Below, piece after piece: positions 29,929 through 39,966 of a DNA stretch of 64,000 nt. Below the pieces are notes generated by a model. It made no database searches, was not told the origin of the DNA, and saw only the letters and a program-made list of their open reading frames with translations. The position numbers and the translations under genes were made by a program. How positions within the stretch are numbered: position 1 is the first letter of the stretch; the number at the start of each line of letters is the position of its first letter. Location of the stretch: the NCBI GenBank assembly GCA_046290225.1, contig JBKAGE010000077.1:32001-96000 (forward strand), given 5' to 3'. The stretch is from Bradymonadia bacterium. Its GTDB lineage: Bacteria > Myxococcota_A > Bradymonadia > UBA7976 > UBA1532.

Positions 29929-30729
29929 ATGTCGGCGCTGGACATCGGCATCACCACCATCGAAGACGCCACCTTCCTCAAGCTCAGCGGGGTGATCGAC
30001 GAGGACAACACCCTCGCCGGCAGCTTGAAGAAGATCACCGGCCGCACCGTGATCCTCGATCTCGCCAAGGTCGTGCGCATCAACAGCTGCGGCGTGCGGG
30101 ATTGGGTCAACTGGCTCAACGATCTCGAATCGCGAGGCAAGCAAGTGGTGCTCGTGCGGTGCAGTCCGTGCATCGTCAATCAGATCAACATGGTGCACAA
30201 CTTCACCGGTGGCGGCATGGTGAAGAGCTTCTTCGCCCCCTACTACTGCCCGAAGTGCGATCGCGAAGATCAGCGTCTGCTGCGCATCGAAGAGTTCGCC
30301 GGTCAGGCCACCCCCAAGGCCCCCGCCCATCGCGGCGCCCACTGTGAGGGGGTACAGAACGGCACCTGCGCCATGGAGTTCGACGACATCGAGGCGTCGT
30401 ACTTCGCCTTCTTGCCCCACAACCTCGGCAAGGTGGTGGATCCGCGGCTCGACCAGCTGCTGCAGAGCGTGAGCCCCGACCTGCGGGCTCGAATTCAGAA
30501 GCTCGACGAGGTGCGCCGCGAGTCCGACGGAGGTCGGGGATCCCTCTCGGCACAATACTCCCCGCTTACGGTGACCCAGACGGGCATCCAGGCCATCGGC
30601 CCCGAGCCTGAAGAGACCACGCCCGCCGAGCCTGAGAAGCGGCGCTCGGGCTTGATGCCTCTCATGATCATCGCCGCCAGCCTCATCGCTGGCATCATCG
30701 CCTACGTCGTCACGGTGGTGGGCGAATGA
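29929..30729 (+). CDS. STAS-like domain protein with CxxC and C-terminal TM anchor
   Basis: LSGVIDED, LDLAKVVRINSCGVRDW, CSP, PYYCPKC; C-terminal hydrophobic helix. Confidence 0.85.
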   Translation: MSALDIGITTIEDATFLKLSGVIDEDNTLAGSLKKITGRTVILDLAKVVRINSCGVRDWVNWLNDLESRGKQVVLVRCSPCIVNQINMVHNFTGGGMVKSFFAPYYCPKCDREDQRLLRIEEFAGQATPKAPAHRGAHCEGVQNGTCAMEFDDIEASYFAFLPHNLGKVVDPRLDQLLQSVSPDLRARIQKLDEVRRESDGGRGSLSAQYSPLTVTQTGIQAIGPEPEETTPAEPEKRRSGLMPLMIIAASLIAGIIAYVVTVVGE

Positions 30730-31262
30730 GCGAGACGAGCCCCCTACACGCCCTCGGCGCCGCCCTGCTGGACGCCGCCCTCGTCATCGACGGTGAGCAG
30801 AAGGTGGTGGAGTTCAACGGCCACTACCGCGCGCTGTTGCCGCGGCACCTCGCGCGCAAGCTGCCCGGCAGCCAGTGTTGCCAGCTGTTGAGGTTGAGCC
30901 TCTGCGGGCACGATCGGGGTGAGTGCCTCGCGCAGCGATGCGCCCGTGAAGCGCGGCCGCTGCGATATGACGAGATCAACGCTCAGGTCGATCCGGACGG
31001 TGACGGCCACGGAGACACCCTCACCGTCATCGCCAGCGCTGCCCCTCTGGAAGACGGCCGGACCATGCTGATGTTGCGAGATGTGTCCGACACCGCGGCC
31101 ATGCAGCGAAAATACAAAGAGATGCTCGATGCCGCAGATCGCGCCCAGGAGAAGCTCCAGGCCAGCTTGAACCGCAAGACCCAGGAGCTGATGGACGCCA
31201 ACACCGAGCTGAATCGCGTGCAGCAGGAGTTGATGCACCACAAGAAGGGGTTGTTCGGGTGA
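30726..31262 (+). CDS. PAS-domain protein with C-terminal coiled coil
   Basis: ALVIDGEQKVVEFN, Cys-rich GSQCCQLL..CGH..CLAQRC, MLRDVSD. Confidence 0.8.
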   Translation: MSETSPLHALGAALLDAALVIDGEQKVVEFNGHYRALLPRHLARKLPGSQCCQLLRLSLCGHDRGECLAQRCAREARPLRYDEINAQVDPDGDGHGDTLTVIASAAPLEDGRTMLMLRDVSDTAAMQRKYKEMLDAADRAQEKLQASLNRKTQELMDANTELNRVQQELMHHKKGLFG

Positions 31263-32842
31263 ACTGGCTGTCGAGCCTGCCGATCCGGGTGAAGATGATC
31301 GGCACCACCACCCTGCTGTTGTTGTTCACCGTGGGCCTCTACGGCCTCATGAACATCCAGGATCTGGGCAAGGTCTTCGACGCCTCCCGGGCGGAGCAGG
31401 AGGGGGCGGTCCTCACCGCCGCCGCCGCCGACGCCCAGAACCTCACCGGCGCCGTGGCCCAGATCAGCGCCATCCAGATCGCCGCCACGGCCTACGGTGA
31501 TCTCAAGGCCCTCGCGGAGACCCTGCGCCGCCAGGAGCCCCGCCTCGCCTTCGTGCACATCACCGACGGCACCAGCCCCGTGGTCTCCGAAGGCGATCGC
31601 GCCAGCGCCCTCAAAGGCCTCACCCCTGTGGAAGGGCACCCCGGCGAGATCTTCGCAGCTGAGGGGGTGACGCTTCTGGGTCAGGGTGGAGAGCCTGCTC
31701 TGATCCGCATCACCCGGCCCATCAAGGGCCAGGGTACCGAGAAGATCGGGCAAGTCGACACCGGCTGGTCGGTGACGCCCCTGCTCACCCGGCAGGCCCA
31801 GATCGCCGACCGCATCGAAGGCCGCAGAGAGACCAGCATCTTCAACGCCCTCTTCATCGGCGGCCTCGTGGTGCTGCTCGGAGTGGTGCTCAGCGTGATT
31901 CAGGGGCTGGCCATCAGCCGGCCCATTCGGGAGCTCACCGAGAGCGTCGAGCGCCTCGCCCACGGTGATCTCGGCGAGCGTGCGGCGGTCCGGGGCGGCG
32001 ACGAGATCGGCGTGCTGGGGCGCAACTTCAACTTCATGGCCGAGCGCCTGGGGGTGTTGCTCACCGAGACCAAGGAGAAAGCCACCCTCGAGAAAGAGAT
32101 GGAGGTCGCCCGTCTGATCCAGGAATCGCTGCTGCCGCCATCGCAGAGCATCGACAAGGGCTGGATCGAGTTCATCGGCTTCTTCAGATCAGCGAGCATC
32201 TGCGGCGGAGACTGGTGGTCCTATGCGGATCTCATCGACGATCAGATCATGCTGGTCATCGGCGACGTCACAGGCCACGGGGTGAGCAGCGCCATGATCA
32301 CCGCCGCGGCGAAGTCGTGCTGCGACACGCTGCGCCACGTCACCGAAGGCGAGGTCACGAGCACCTTCTTGCTCGAAGAGCTGAACAAGACCATCTACGA
32401 GGCGGCGAACCGCAAGTTCGTGATGACCTTCTTCGCGGCGATCATCGACCCCCGCAGCAAGACGATCACGTTCTCGAACGCGGGGCACAACTTCCCCTTG
32501 CTGTTCCGGGCAGAAGCCAAGGCCGACGAGCCGTCCATCGTGCCCCTGGTGGTGCGGGGCAACCGCCTCGGCGACGTGATGCAGTCCCACTTTCTCGAGC
32601 GCACGGTGTCCTACGCGCCGGGCGACGTGTTGCTGATGTACACCGACGGCATCACCGAAGGGGTGGACGAAGCAGGGGCCGAGTACGGCGAGAAACGCCT
32701 GCGGCGCAGTGTGCAGGCCTCTCTGGGCAGCGCCGCGGGCTCGATCATGCAAAAGATCCTCGATGACGCCGAGCGGTTCTTCACCGACTTCACTCAACCT
32801 GAGGACGACATCACCCTGGTGGTGGCGCGCCTCAAGCAATGA
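31259..32842 (+). CDS. Membrane HAMP + SpoIIE/RsbU-type PP2C phosphatase
   Basis: HAMP (DEIGVLGRNFNFM); GGDWW, IGDVTGHGV, NAGH, YTDGITE, DDITLVV. Confidence 0.95.
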   Translation: MNWLSSLPIRVKMIGTTTLLLLFTVGLYGLMNIQDLGKVFDASRAEQEGAVLTAAAADAQNLTGAVAQISAIQIAATAYGDLKALAETLRRQEPRLAFVHITDGTSPVVSEGDRASALKGLTPVEGHPGEIFAAEGVTLLGQGGEPALIRITRPIKGQGTEKIGQVDTGWSVTPLLTRQAQIADRIEGRRETSIFNALFIGGLVVLLGVVLSVIQGLAISRPIRELTESVERLAHGDLGERAAVRGGDEIGVLGRNFNFMAERLGVLLTETKEKATLEKEMEVARLIQESLLPPSQSIDKGWIEFIGFFRSASICGGDWWSYADLIDDQIMLVIGDVTGHGVSSAMITAAAKSCCDTLRHVTEGEVTSTFLLEELNKTIYEAANRKFVMTFFAAIIDPRSKTITFSNAGHNFPLLFRAEAKADEPSIVPLVVRGNRLGDVMQSHFLERTVSYAPGDVLLMYTDGITEGVDEAGAEYGEKRLRRSVQASLGSAAGSIMQKILDDAERFFTDFTQPEDDITLVVARLKQ

Positions 32843-35283
32843 GGCACCTCATGCGTCGCACGTGCTTGATGCTCTTCGCGTTGATGGGCGCCGCGGCCAC
32901 CAGCACGCCGAGCGCCACCTGGGCCCAGGGGCGCTACGCCCCTCAGGGGGAGGCTCAACGCCATTTTCAGCGAGGAGAGCGCCTGCTCGCGGAGGCCAAC
33001 CAAACCCGGGCGGAGGGTGAGACCAAAGCGTCGAAGGCGGCCTTTACCGAGGCCACAGAGGCCTTTGAGCAGGCCCTCGAGGAAGATCCGAACTATGTGG
33101 CGGTCTACCCCAAGCTCGGCGCGGCGCTGTACAGCCTCGAGCAGTCTGCCGAGGCTGTGTCTTTGCTGCGCAAGGGCAAAGCCAAAGCCCCCGAGAACCT
33201 CGAGATCACGTTCTGGCTGGGCAACCACCTGCTGGCGCTGAAGAAGACGAAAGAGGCGCTGAGTTACCTCGATGTTGTGGCCCGCGCCGACACGCTGCCC
33301 CAAGTGCACCTGGTCCTCGGTGATCACCACTATGGTGCCGGAGATTACGCCACCGCTCAGCAACACCTGGCGCGCTATGTGGCGGAGCAGCCCGACGATC
33401 TCAATGCCCAGGCCAAGCTGGGGAACGCGTGGTTCAAGCTCGGGCAACCCGCCAAAGCTCTGGAAGCCTTCCAGGCAGTCCAGCGGCGCGATCCCGAGAA
33501 CCTGCTGGTGCGCATCAACATCGGCAACGCCCACTACGCCCTGGGCAATTACGCCGAGGCCATTCAAGTGCTCGAGAAGGCCGAGCAGCAGGCCCCCGAC
33601 CGCCCGAGCGTGGTCTTCAACCTCGCCCAGAGCCGCTTCAAGCTCGAGCAACACGCCGAAGCCCTCGCAGGCTATGAGCGCTTCCTGGCCCTCAAACCCC
33701 GCAGCTTCAATGGTCACTACTTCAAGGGGAGTGCCCTCTACGCCCTGGGGCGTAACGACGAGGCCCTCCGCGCCCTTGAGCGCTCGGCGAGCATCAAGGC
33801 CGACGTGGTGCACCCCTGGTACAAAGCCGGGCTGATTCACCTGCAGTCGAACCGGACAGCAGCGGCCCGCGACGCCCTGAAGAAAGCTCAGGCCCTCGCC
33901 CCTGACGATCCCTGGGTCCTCTCAGCGCTGGCGACGGTGGCCCGACGGGAAGGCAAAGCCGATCAAGCGATCACGCTGCTCCAGCGCGCAGTCCAGCTGA
34001 AACCCGGCTCCGGGCGACTGCACGGCAAGCTCGGTCAAACGCTGGCCTGGGCCGGGCGGCTCGACGACGCCCTCGCCGAGACCGAGAGATCGCTCGAGCT
34101 CGCCCCACAAGACGCATGGGTGAAGCAGGCTGCAGCGCAGGTGCTCTCCGCCCACAGCCAGCAGCGCGCTCGACAGGGGGATCAAGATCAGGCCCGACGC
34201 CTCGTCGATCGAGCGCTGTTGCTTCGGCCTGATGATCAGGCGCTGCAGATCAACGCAGCCCTGTTGATGATCGACGCCGGCCAGAGCGCAGAAGCGCAAC
34301 AACGGCTCACCGCCCTCGTCTCCGCCCTGCCCGAGACCAGCCCGCTCACAGCCAACGCCCTGTATGCTCTAGGGCTCGCCCTGATGGCTCGAGGTCAACA
34401 CGACGCCGCAACGCAACCGCTGATGCGCGCCGCAGCCATGCGCCCCGAGGCGCACTTTGCCGGCGCCACGACTGGGGCCCTCGTCGCCGCAGGGCGGGCC
34501 GAAGAGGCCATGACGATCGCCACCGAGGCCCTTCAACGCTGGCCAGAAGACCCAACCCTTCAGAAAAACTACGCCCTCGCCAGCCTCGCCCGCGCCTGGA
34601 GCGCCCTGAGCCGGGGCAACGTGCGACGCAGTGATGTGACTCGGGCCCTCACGGTGAGAGACACCCCAGCCTTGCAGCGGCGTGCTCGCTATGTGGCGCT
34701 GATTCAAGCCCTTCGGCGCGCCGACACGCCTCGAGCCAGGGTGCACCTCGCCGCTCTGGAAGCGGGCTCGACGAAGGGGTTGCTCTCCAAGAAGGCCCCC
34801 GCAGATCACTTGAAGCACCTCTCGGCCATCGCCGAGGCCCTGCAAGGACGCTGGGCCCAGGTGTACGGCGCCCTCAAGGGCACCCGTGCCGGCCGTGGGG
34901 CAGGTGCCCCACTGCTGCGTCATGCCGCCCTCCAGCTGGCCACTGCTGCGTGGAACAAAGGCGACATCAAGGGCGCCATACGCTGGCTCGGTACAGCCCA
35001 GAAGCTCAAGAAATCATCTGCGAGCGCCACCCGCGTCAAACACAACCAGGCGGTGCTGCAGATCGCACAGGGTCAGGGCAAGCGCGCCGAAAAGACTCTC
35101 CGCGCGCTGATGAGCCAGATCCCCGAAGCCCAGTACAACCTCGCCCTGGCCCTCGACGCCCAGGGGCGTCAGCGGGAGGCGACGGCGCTCTACGAAACCT
35201 ATGGCCAGGGCAACGGCCCCAAAGCCAATCAGGCCCGACGCCTCGCCGAGATACGTCGCCGCATCTTCGGGGAGGCACGATGA
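32839..35283 (+). CDS. Exported tetratricopeptide repeat protein
   Basis: Signal peptide ending ATWA-Q; many TPR units. Confidence 0.88.
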   Translation: MRHLMRRTCLMLFALMGAAATSTPSATWAQGRYAPQGEAQRHFQRGERLLAEANQTRAEGETKASKAAFTEATEAFEQALEEDPNYVAVYPKLGAALYSLEQSAEAVSLLRKGKAKAPENLEITFWLGNHLLALKKTKEALSYLDVVARADTLPQVHLVLGDHHYGAGDYATAQQHLARYVAEQPDDLNAQAKLGNAWFKLGQPAKALEAFQAVQRRDPENLLVRINIGNAHYALGNYAEAIQVLEKAEQQAPDRPSVVFNLAQSRFKLEQHAEALAGYERFLALKPRSFNGHYFKGSALYALGRNDEALRALERSASIKADVVHPWYKAGLIHLQSNRTAAARDALKKAQALAPDDPWVLSALATVARREGKADQAITLLQRAVQLKPGSGRLHGKLGQTLAWAGRLDDALAETERSLELAPQDAWVKQAAAQVLSAHSQQRARQGDQDQARRLVDRALLLRPDDQALQINAALLMIDAGQSAEAQQRLTALVSALPETSPLTANALYALGLALMARGQHDAATQPLMRAAAMRPEAHFAGATTGALVAAGRAEEAMTIATEALQRWPEDPTLQKNYALASLARAWSALSRGNVRRSDVTRALTVRDTPALQRRARYVALIQALRRADTPRARVHLAALEAGSTKGLLSKKAPADHLKHLSAIAEALQGRWAQVYGALKGTRAGRGAGAPLLRHAALQLATAAWNKGDIKGAIRWLGTAQKLKKSSASATRVKHNQAVLQIAQGQGKRAEKTLRALMSQIPEAQYNLALALDAQGRQREATALYETYGQGNGPKANQARRLAEIRRRIFGEAR

Positions 35284-36230
35284 AGTCACTCACTCTGATC
35301 ATCTGTGCTGTCTGCCTTGCCCTCGGCAGCGCGCTGCCCACCCCCACCTTCGCCCAGAGCCCCGACACGTCGCTGGTCCTTGGGGTGTATGCCCCTCGGC
35401 TGCGCTTCGCCAACTCCCTGGCTCGGAGCAACTTCGCCAACCAGGTGGCTCAGGGCCTCAGCACCCGCCTGGGGCGGCCGGTGAAAGGGCGCGGCTTCGC
35501 CCGGAAGAGCGAGTTCGTACAGCAGGTAAAGAGCGGCGCAGTGCAGATCGCTGTCGTCGGCGCCCAGACCCATGTCGAGCACCCCCAATGGGCCCCCATC
35601 GCTCAGGGCACCCGCAAGGGCAAACCCGCAGCGCCCATGGTGCTGTTGAGCGCCAGGGGAGGCTCTGGTGTGGCCGCCCTCTCGGGGGGCCCACTCGCCG
35701 AGATCGCCGTCGGTCGTAAGGACGCGTGGTTCCGCACCCAGTTCCTGCTTCAGGGCCTCGTACCTTCGAGCCACTTCGGCAAGGGCCGGGTGGCCCGAGA
35801 TGCCCAGGGTGCCCTGAGCCTCGTCAAACTGGGTAAGGCTCAAGGCGCCTTCGTCTATCAACACGACGCCCAGGGCGGCTCGATCGCCCTCACCACCCGG
35901 CCAGTGATGTACCCCGTGCTCGTCATCACCGGTGAGGTTGATGACGCCCTCCGCGGCGAGCTGAAGCAGGCCGCGCGGAGCATCACGCTTGGAAGCGAAG
36001 GGCCGCTCAGCGCCTTCGCCACTTACAACGCCGGACTCTTCGCCGCGCTGAAGCTCGCTCTCAACGGCAGCCTCGACCGCAGCCAGAAGCTCGAGCCTCT
36101 GTGGCTCGCCCCAGGGGATCCACCCTCGCAGATCCCAGCCTGGCCCGGCGCGCTGGGCGATCTGCCCGCCAAGACCCCAGCCCCTGCGGCGGGCTTCGCC
36201 ACGCCCACCCCACCGCCCGAGCTGTTCTGA
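35280..36230 (+). CDS. PhnD/SsuA-like substrate-binding protein
   Basis: Signal peptide; type-II SBP-like pattern (ALSLVKLGKAQGAFV); GGAGG RBS. Confidence 0.6.
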   Translation: MKSLTLIICAVCLALGSALPTPTFAQSPDTSLVLGVYAPRLRFANSLARSNFANQVAQGLSTRLGRPVKGRGFARKSEFVQQVKSGAVQIAVVGAQTHVEHPQWAPIAQGTRKGKPAAPMVLLSARGGSGVAALSGGPLAEIAVGRKDAWFRTQFLLQGLVPSSHFGKGRVARDAQGALSLVKLGKAQGAFVYQHDAQGGSIALTTRPVMYPVLVITGEVDDALRGELKQAARSITLGSEGPLSAFATYNAGLFAALKLALNGSLDRSQKLEPLWLAPGDPPSQIPAWPGALGDLPAKTPAPAAGFATPTPPPELF

Positions 36231-36233
36231 GCC

Positions 36234-37178
36234 ATGTCGCAGCGGATTCTGCTCTTTGGTGATCCTGCCACCCTGCGCCCGGTCCACCGCGCCGCGGCCT
36301 GTACGGGTGCCACGCTTCTGCACGAGACCGACGCCAGCCGGCTGGTCCCTCAGAGCGCGGCGTTTCAGCCTCAAGTGGCCTGTGTCGAGCTCGACGCTGC
36401 AGGCGCCATCGCCCCGCAGTTGCTGCGTCAGGTGCACCAGGTCTGCCCGGATGCGGCGCTGATCGTGCTGAGCCAGACCACCACACCCAAGGCGCTCGAG
36501 GCGCTCTTCGACGAGCCCTGGCTCACCCACTTGATGGCCCTCGATTCTCCCTGGCTCGTCCCTGACTTCACCGCCACGCTGGCCAAGCTACAAGGTGCAG
36601 ACCTCTTCGGCCTCGATCGCTACCTGCCCTGGGGTACGCGGCTACACAGCCACCGCATCGGCGGCTCCGCAGACAAAGGCATTGTCTTCGACGGCATTGA
36701 GTCACTCATGGCGAGCATGGGCATCGAGGGCCGCGTGGTGCATCACCTGCACGCCATCGCCGACGAGCTGCTCATGAATGCCATCTACGACGCCCCCATA
36801 GACGCCACTGGCCAACCTCGATACACCGATCGAGCCCGAGGTGAGGTGGTTACCCTCGAAGCCCACGAGCGGCCCACGGTGAGGTTTGGCTGCGATGGTC
36901 GCCGATTCGGCATCAGCGTCACAGATCCGTTCGGTGGGCTCGATCCCGCGGTGCTGCGGCGATACATCGGCAAGGGTTTGCGCAAGGCCGCAGACCAGAT
37001 CGACACCAAGCCCGGAGGTGCGGGCCTCGGGCTCTACGTGCTGTTCTCTTCACTGCACACGCTGTGTCTGAATCTGGTGCCAGGACGATGCACCGAGGTG
37101 GTGGGGCTGATCGATGTGCAGGGGCGCTTCAGGCACATCGCTGGAGGATCGCGGGGGCTGAGCATCTTCGTGGGCTGA
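36234..37178 (+). CDS. Degenerate receiver-like + RsbW-like HATPase protein
   Basis: IADELLMNAIYDAP (N box), ISVTDPFGGL, GGAGLGLY (G2 box). Confidence 0.75.
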   Translation: MSQRILLFGDPATLRPVHRAAACTGATLLHETDASRLVPQSAAFQPQVACVELDAAGAIAPQLLRQVHQVCPDAALIVLSQTTTPKALEALFDEPWLTHLMALDSPWLVPDFTATLAKLQGADLFGLDRYLPWGTRLHSHRIGGSADKGIVFDGIESLMASMGIEGRVVHHLHAIADELLMNAIYDAPIDATGQPRYTDRARGEVVTLEAHERPTVRFGCDGRRFGISVTDPFGGLDPAVLRRYIGKGLRKAADQIDTKPGGAGLGLYVLFSSLHTLCLNLVPGRCTEVVGLIDVQGRFRHIAGGSRGLSIFVG

Positions 37179-37214
37179 GGCCAGAGTTTGAGCGGACGGC
37201 CGCCCGCTCACATC

Positions 37215-38564
37215 TCAGCGAGGGTCAGCCATCCGACCCATGAAGATCACCGCACCGGTCACATCATCCATGATGAAGAACAAGAAGGGGCGGTCCAGGC
37301 GCATGGGGGTGAAGACCGGCGCGCTGGTCTCGCCCACCACCACAGCGGTGGCCGCAGCAGCCTCGGTGCCTTCTTCGTCGATGCCCACGAAGGCCTTGTG
37401 CAACACATCGGTGATGGCCAGACCGCCGTCGCCGTCCATCCCCGAGAAGTCGGCCCCGCTGCTGAACGCGATCTCCATGCCCATGGCCTTGAGCACCTTG
37501 GTCAGGGGCAGATCGGTCTCGAAGGTGAACTTGGGCACGAACAGGTCGAGGCTGTTGTACTGCAAATCTCCCACGATGCTGGCGAGGCGCTCCGCAGTCA
37601 GGTTGTCCTCGAAGTCGTCGAGCAAGCCTGCGGCGGGGGCCACGAGCAGCATCGACATCTCTTCACCGAAGTAGGGCAGCCGCACGGCGTCGTACTCGCG
37701 GGTGGTGGTGGACATGAAGCCCTGAGAGGCGTTCATCGTGGGCACCTTCACCACCTCTTCGGTGTCGAGGGTGAAGTCTGCGTCCTGGGTCGCGCCCTCG
37801 GTGAACGGCGTGGACCAGCTCGCCTTGAAGTAGATGGCGTTGGTGAGCACGAGGCGGGTGCTCGGGGTGATGCTGCCCGTGGGGAGCAGATCTTTAATGC
37901 GCTCTTCGGTCTGGTCTTCGACCCAGCCGTTGATCTCTTCGCGGCAGGCCTCGGGATCGGCCTTGAAGTCCATGAGCTGCAGACCTGCGCCGTAGTTCAC
38001 CGCCAGGGTGTCGAGGAAGGCGTCGAGGAACCCAAAGCCCGCCTGGCCCCACAGTCGGTTGACGATGTTGAGCCGGAACGCCTCGCCCTGAGGGCAATCG
38101 GGGCCATCGCACAGCGGTACGTCGCCACGGCTGCTCAGCTCGAGATCGAGCAGGTTGGCGGCGGGGTGCAGTCGATCCTGGTCGAGGTCGAAGTGCAGGG
38201 TGTTCGCCATGTCGGCCTCGGTCTGGTTCCGAGCGCCGGCCCAGGTCATGCCCAGGGCCTGATGAATGCTCAAGGGGCTGAAGAACAGGTTGTCGTGCTC
38301 ACCCCGCACCTGATGGAACAAGTCGATGGCGAAGGCGTTCTGGCCCTTGACCAGAGTCTCGAGATCACCGTCGACCACCTCGGGGTTCTGCTCTCGCTCG
38401 AGGCTCGAAGCCACAAAGCCGGACTGGCCATTGGGATTGGGCTCGGGCTGAGGCTCGTTGTTGGTCGTCGTACTGGTCTCTTCACCGCAACCGGCAAGAC
38501 CGGCGGCGAGGGTGGCGACGAGCAGACCAGGGCGAACAAAACGGCTGAAGGTGCGAGCGTACAT
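37215..38564 (-). CDS. Lipoprotein serpin
   Basis: LAGC lipobox; NLFFSPLSI, LVLTNAIYFKASW, hinge EEGTEAAAATA, DRPFLFFI; start ATG 38564. Confidence 0.95.
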   Translation of the reverse strand: MYARTFSRFVRPGLLVATLAAGLAGCGEETSTTTNNEPQPEPNPNGQSGFVASSLEREQNPEVVDGDLETLVKGQNAFAIDLFHQVRGEHDNLFFSPLSIHQALGMTWAGARNQTEADMANTLHFDLDQDRLHPAANLLDLELSSRGDVPLCDGPDCPQGEAFRLNIVNRLWGQAGFGFLDAFLDTLAVNYGAGLQLMDFKADPEACREEINGWVEDQTEERIKDLLPTGSITPSTRLVLTNAIYFKASWSTPFTEGATQDADFTLDTEEVVKVPTMNASQGFMSTTTREYDAVRLPYFGEEMSMLLVAPAAGLLDDFEDNLTAERLASIVGDLQYNSLDLFVPKFTFETDLPLTKVLKAMGMEIAFSSGADFSGMDGDGGLAITDVLHKAFVGIDEEGTEAAAATAVVVGETSAPVFTPMRLDRPFLFFIMDDVTGAVIFMGRMADPR

Positions 38565-38743
38565 ATGCAAAATCTCTCCGGATTCGGGGGAATGTGAGGT
38601 CGCGGAGGGGGTTAGCATTTGCCGTGCCAAACCAGAGAGAGGGCCAAAACCCCTTAACGGCGTGGGCATGTGACTTTCGAGCCACGAAGATCTGTGAGGG
38701 GCAGGGTGAAAATCTGAATGTCTGTCGTTGAAGAGCGCGATGA

Positions 38744-38936
38744 GGGCTGTGACGGAAGGCTGTGGCTGGACCCTGGTAGGCAGTCGTCGCTGCGCTCCGC
38801 CTGCGTCAGCAGGTGCCTGCACGTGTACGCGCCAGACGAGGTTGCCCGAAGGGCGACCGAAGGCCCGGTGCCTACGCAGGCGGAGCGCAGCGACGACTGC
38901 CTACCAGGGTCCAGCCACAGCCTTCCGTCACAGCCC
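38744..38936. repeat. Intergenic inverted-repeat element related to the 7.7-8.2 kb element
   Basis: Perfect 63-bp arms 38744-38806 / 38874-38936; interior shares GTGTACGCGCCAGACGAGG with 8110-8128. Confidence 0.95.
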
Positions 38937-39096
38937 AGTTCAAGCTCAGCACAAAGGGTCCGTAACACTACGGGCCAATTCGATCTGAACAACCAGCGAG
39001 GACCGGGGGTCTCCTCCCACGAACCGACAGCGCACCTTGCACAGCACGACTGCTCAGGGGCGGTGTCCAGAGATTACACAGATAAGAGAGGTTCCC

Positions 39097-39813
39097 ATGA
39101 TCAAGCAGCTCAGCATCCTCGCCGCCCTCATCATCGCCCCTCAGATCGCCAGCGCCGCGCCGCCTGCAGCCGTCTTCGAAGCGCCCGATCTCAGACCCAG
39201 AGCCGCCAGACAGATAGAAGATCCCATCATCGTGGATCGCCAGGATCTGCGACGAGACATCCGAGGCATGATCCGGGAGATTCACGAGATGCAGGCCATC
39301 GTCGATCAGCTCCCCAGAGGTATGGGCTTGAGGCCCACCCGGAGGGCCCTCAAGCGACAGATCTCCCAAATGGAGGCTCGTCTCGCCGAGGCCCGGGCCG
39401 ATCTGCAACAGGCGCCTTCGCTCACCCAGGTCCGTCAGTATGGGCGACGACACCAGCCAGCGCCGGTGTACCGGCCCGTGAGCCAGGACACCATGCAGCA
39501 TCTCGTTCAGCGGCTGCGAGACGAGCCCTTCCGCTCGGACCAGATGCGGATCATCCGACGTGCAGCGAACCGACATCACTTCACCGCTCGCCAGGCCGTA
39601 CGCCTCGCGAAGCAGTTGTCCTTCAGTGGTGATCGAGTCGACGCCCTTGCAGTGCTGTACCCCAGCATCGTCGATCCGCAGAACGATCATGTGCTCTACG
39701 CCGCCCTCGACTTCCATCGAGACCGTAAAGCCCTCGATCGCAAGCTGACTCAGGCTGGCTATGCCCTCGACGCCCCCCGACATCGCGGACGCCATCGCGC
39801 TCAGCGTGGCTGA
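39097..39813 (+). CDS. DUF4476-like exported protein
   Basis: Signal peptide; EPFRSDQMRII...FTARQAVRLAKQLSFSGDRVDAL..LYPSIVDPQN. Confidence 0.8.
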   Translation: MIKQLSILAALIIAPQIASAAPPAAVFEAPDLRPRAARQIEDPIIVDRQDLRRDIRGMIREIHEMQAIVDQLPRGMGLRPTRRALKRQISQMEARLAEARADLQQAPSLTQVRQYGRRHQPAPVYRPVSQDTMQHLVQRLRDEPFRSDQMRIIRRAANRHHFTARQAVRLAKQLSFSGDRVDALAVLYPSIVDPQNDHVLYAALDFHRDRKALDRKLTQAGYALDAPRHRGRHRAQRG

Positions 39814-39966
39814 CCCCCCCCTATACAACCCCCCACCTTGGGCTACAGCTTCTACATCCCCCTACTTTGCCGTTGAAGAATATGTAGGTGAGACCCATAC
39901 TTGAGGCCTGTCTCAACCCACCGGCCGCCTGTTTTCGTGCCTTGAAGTCTGTTCTTGAGCACATGA

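Noticed and set aside
38565..38822. N-terminal extension of the serpin ORF
   Set aside because: Runs into the repeat element; the lipoprotein signal begins at ATG 38564
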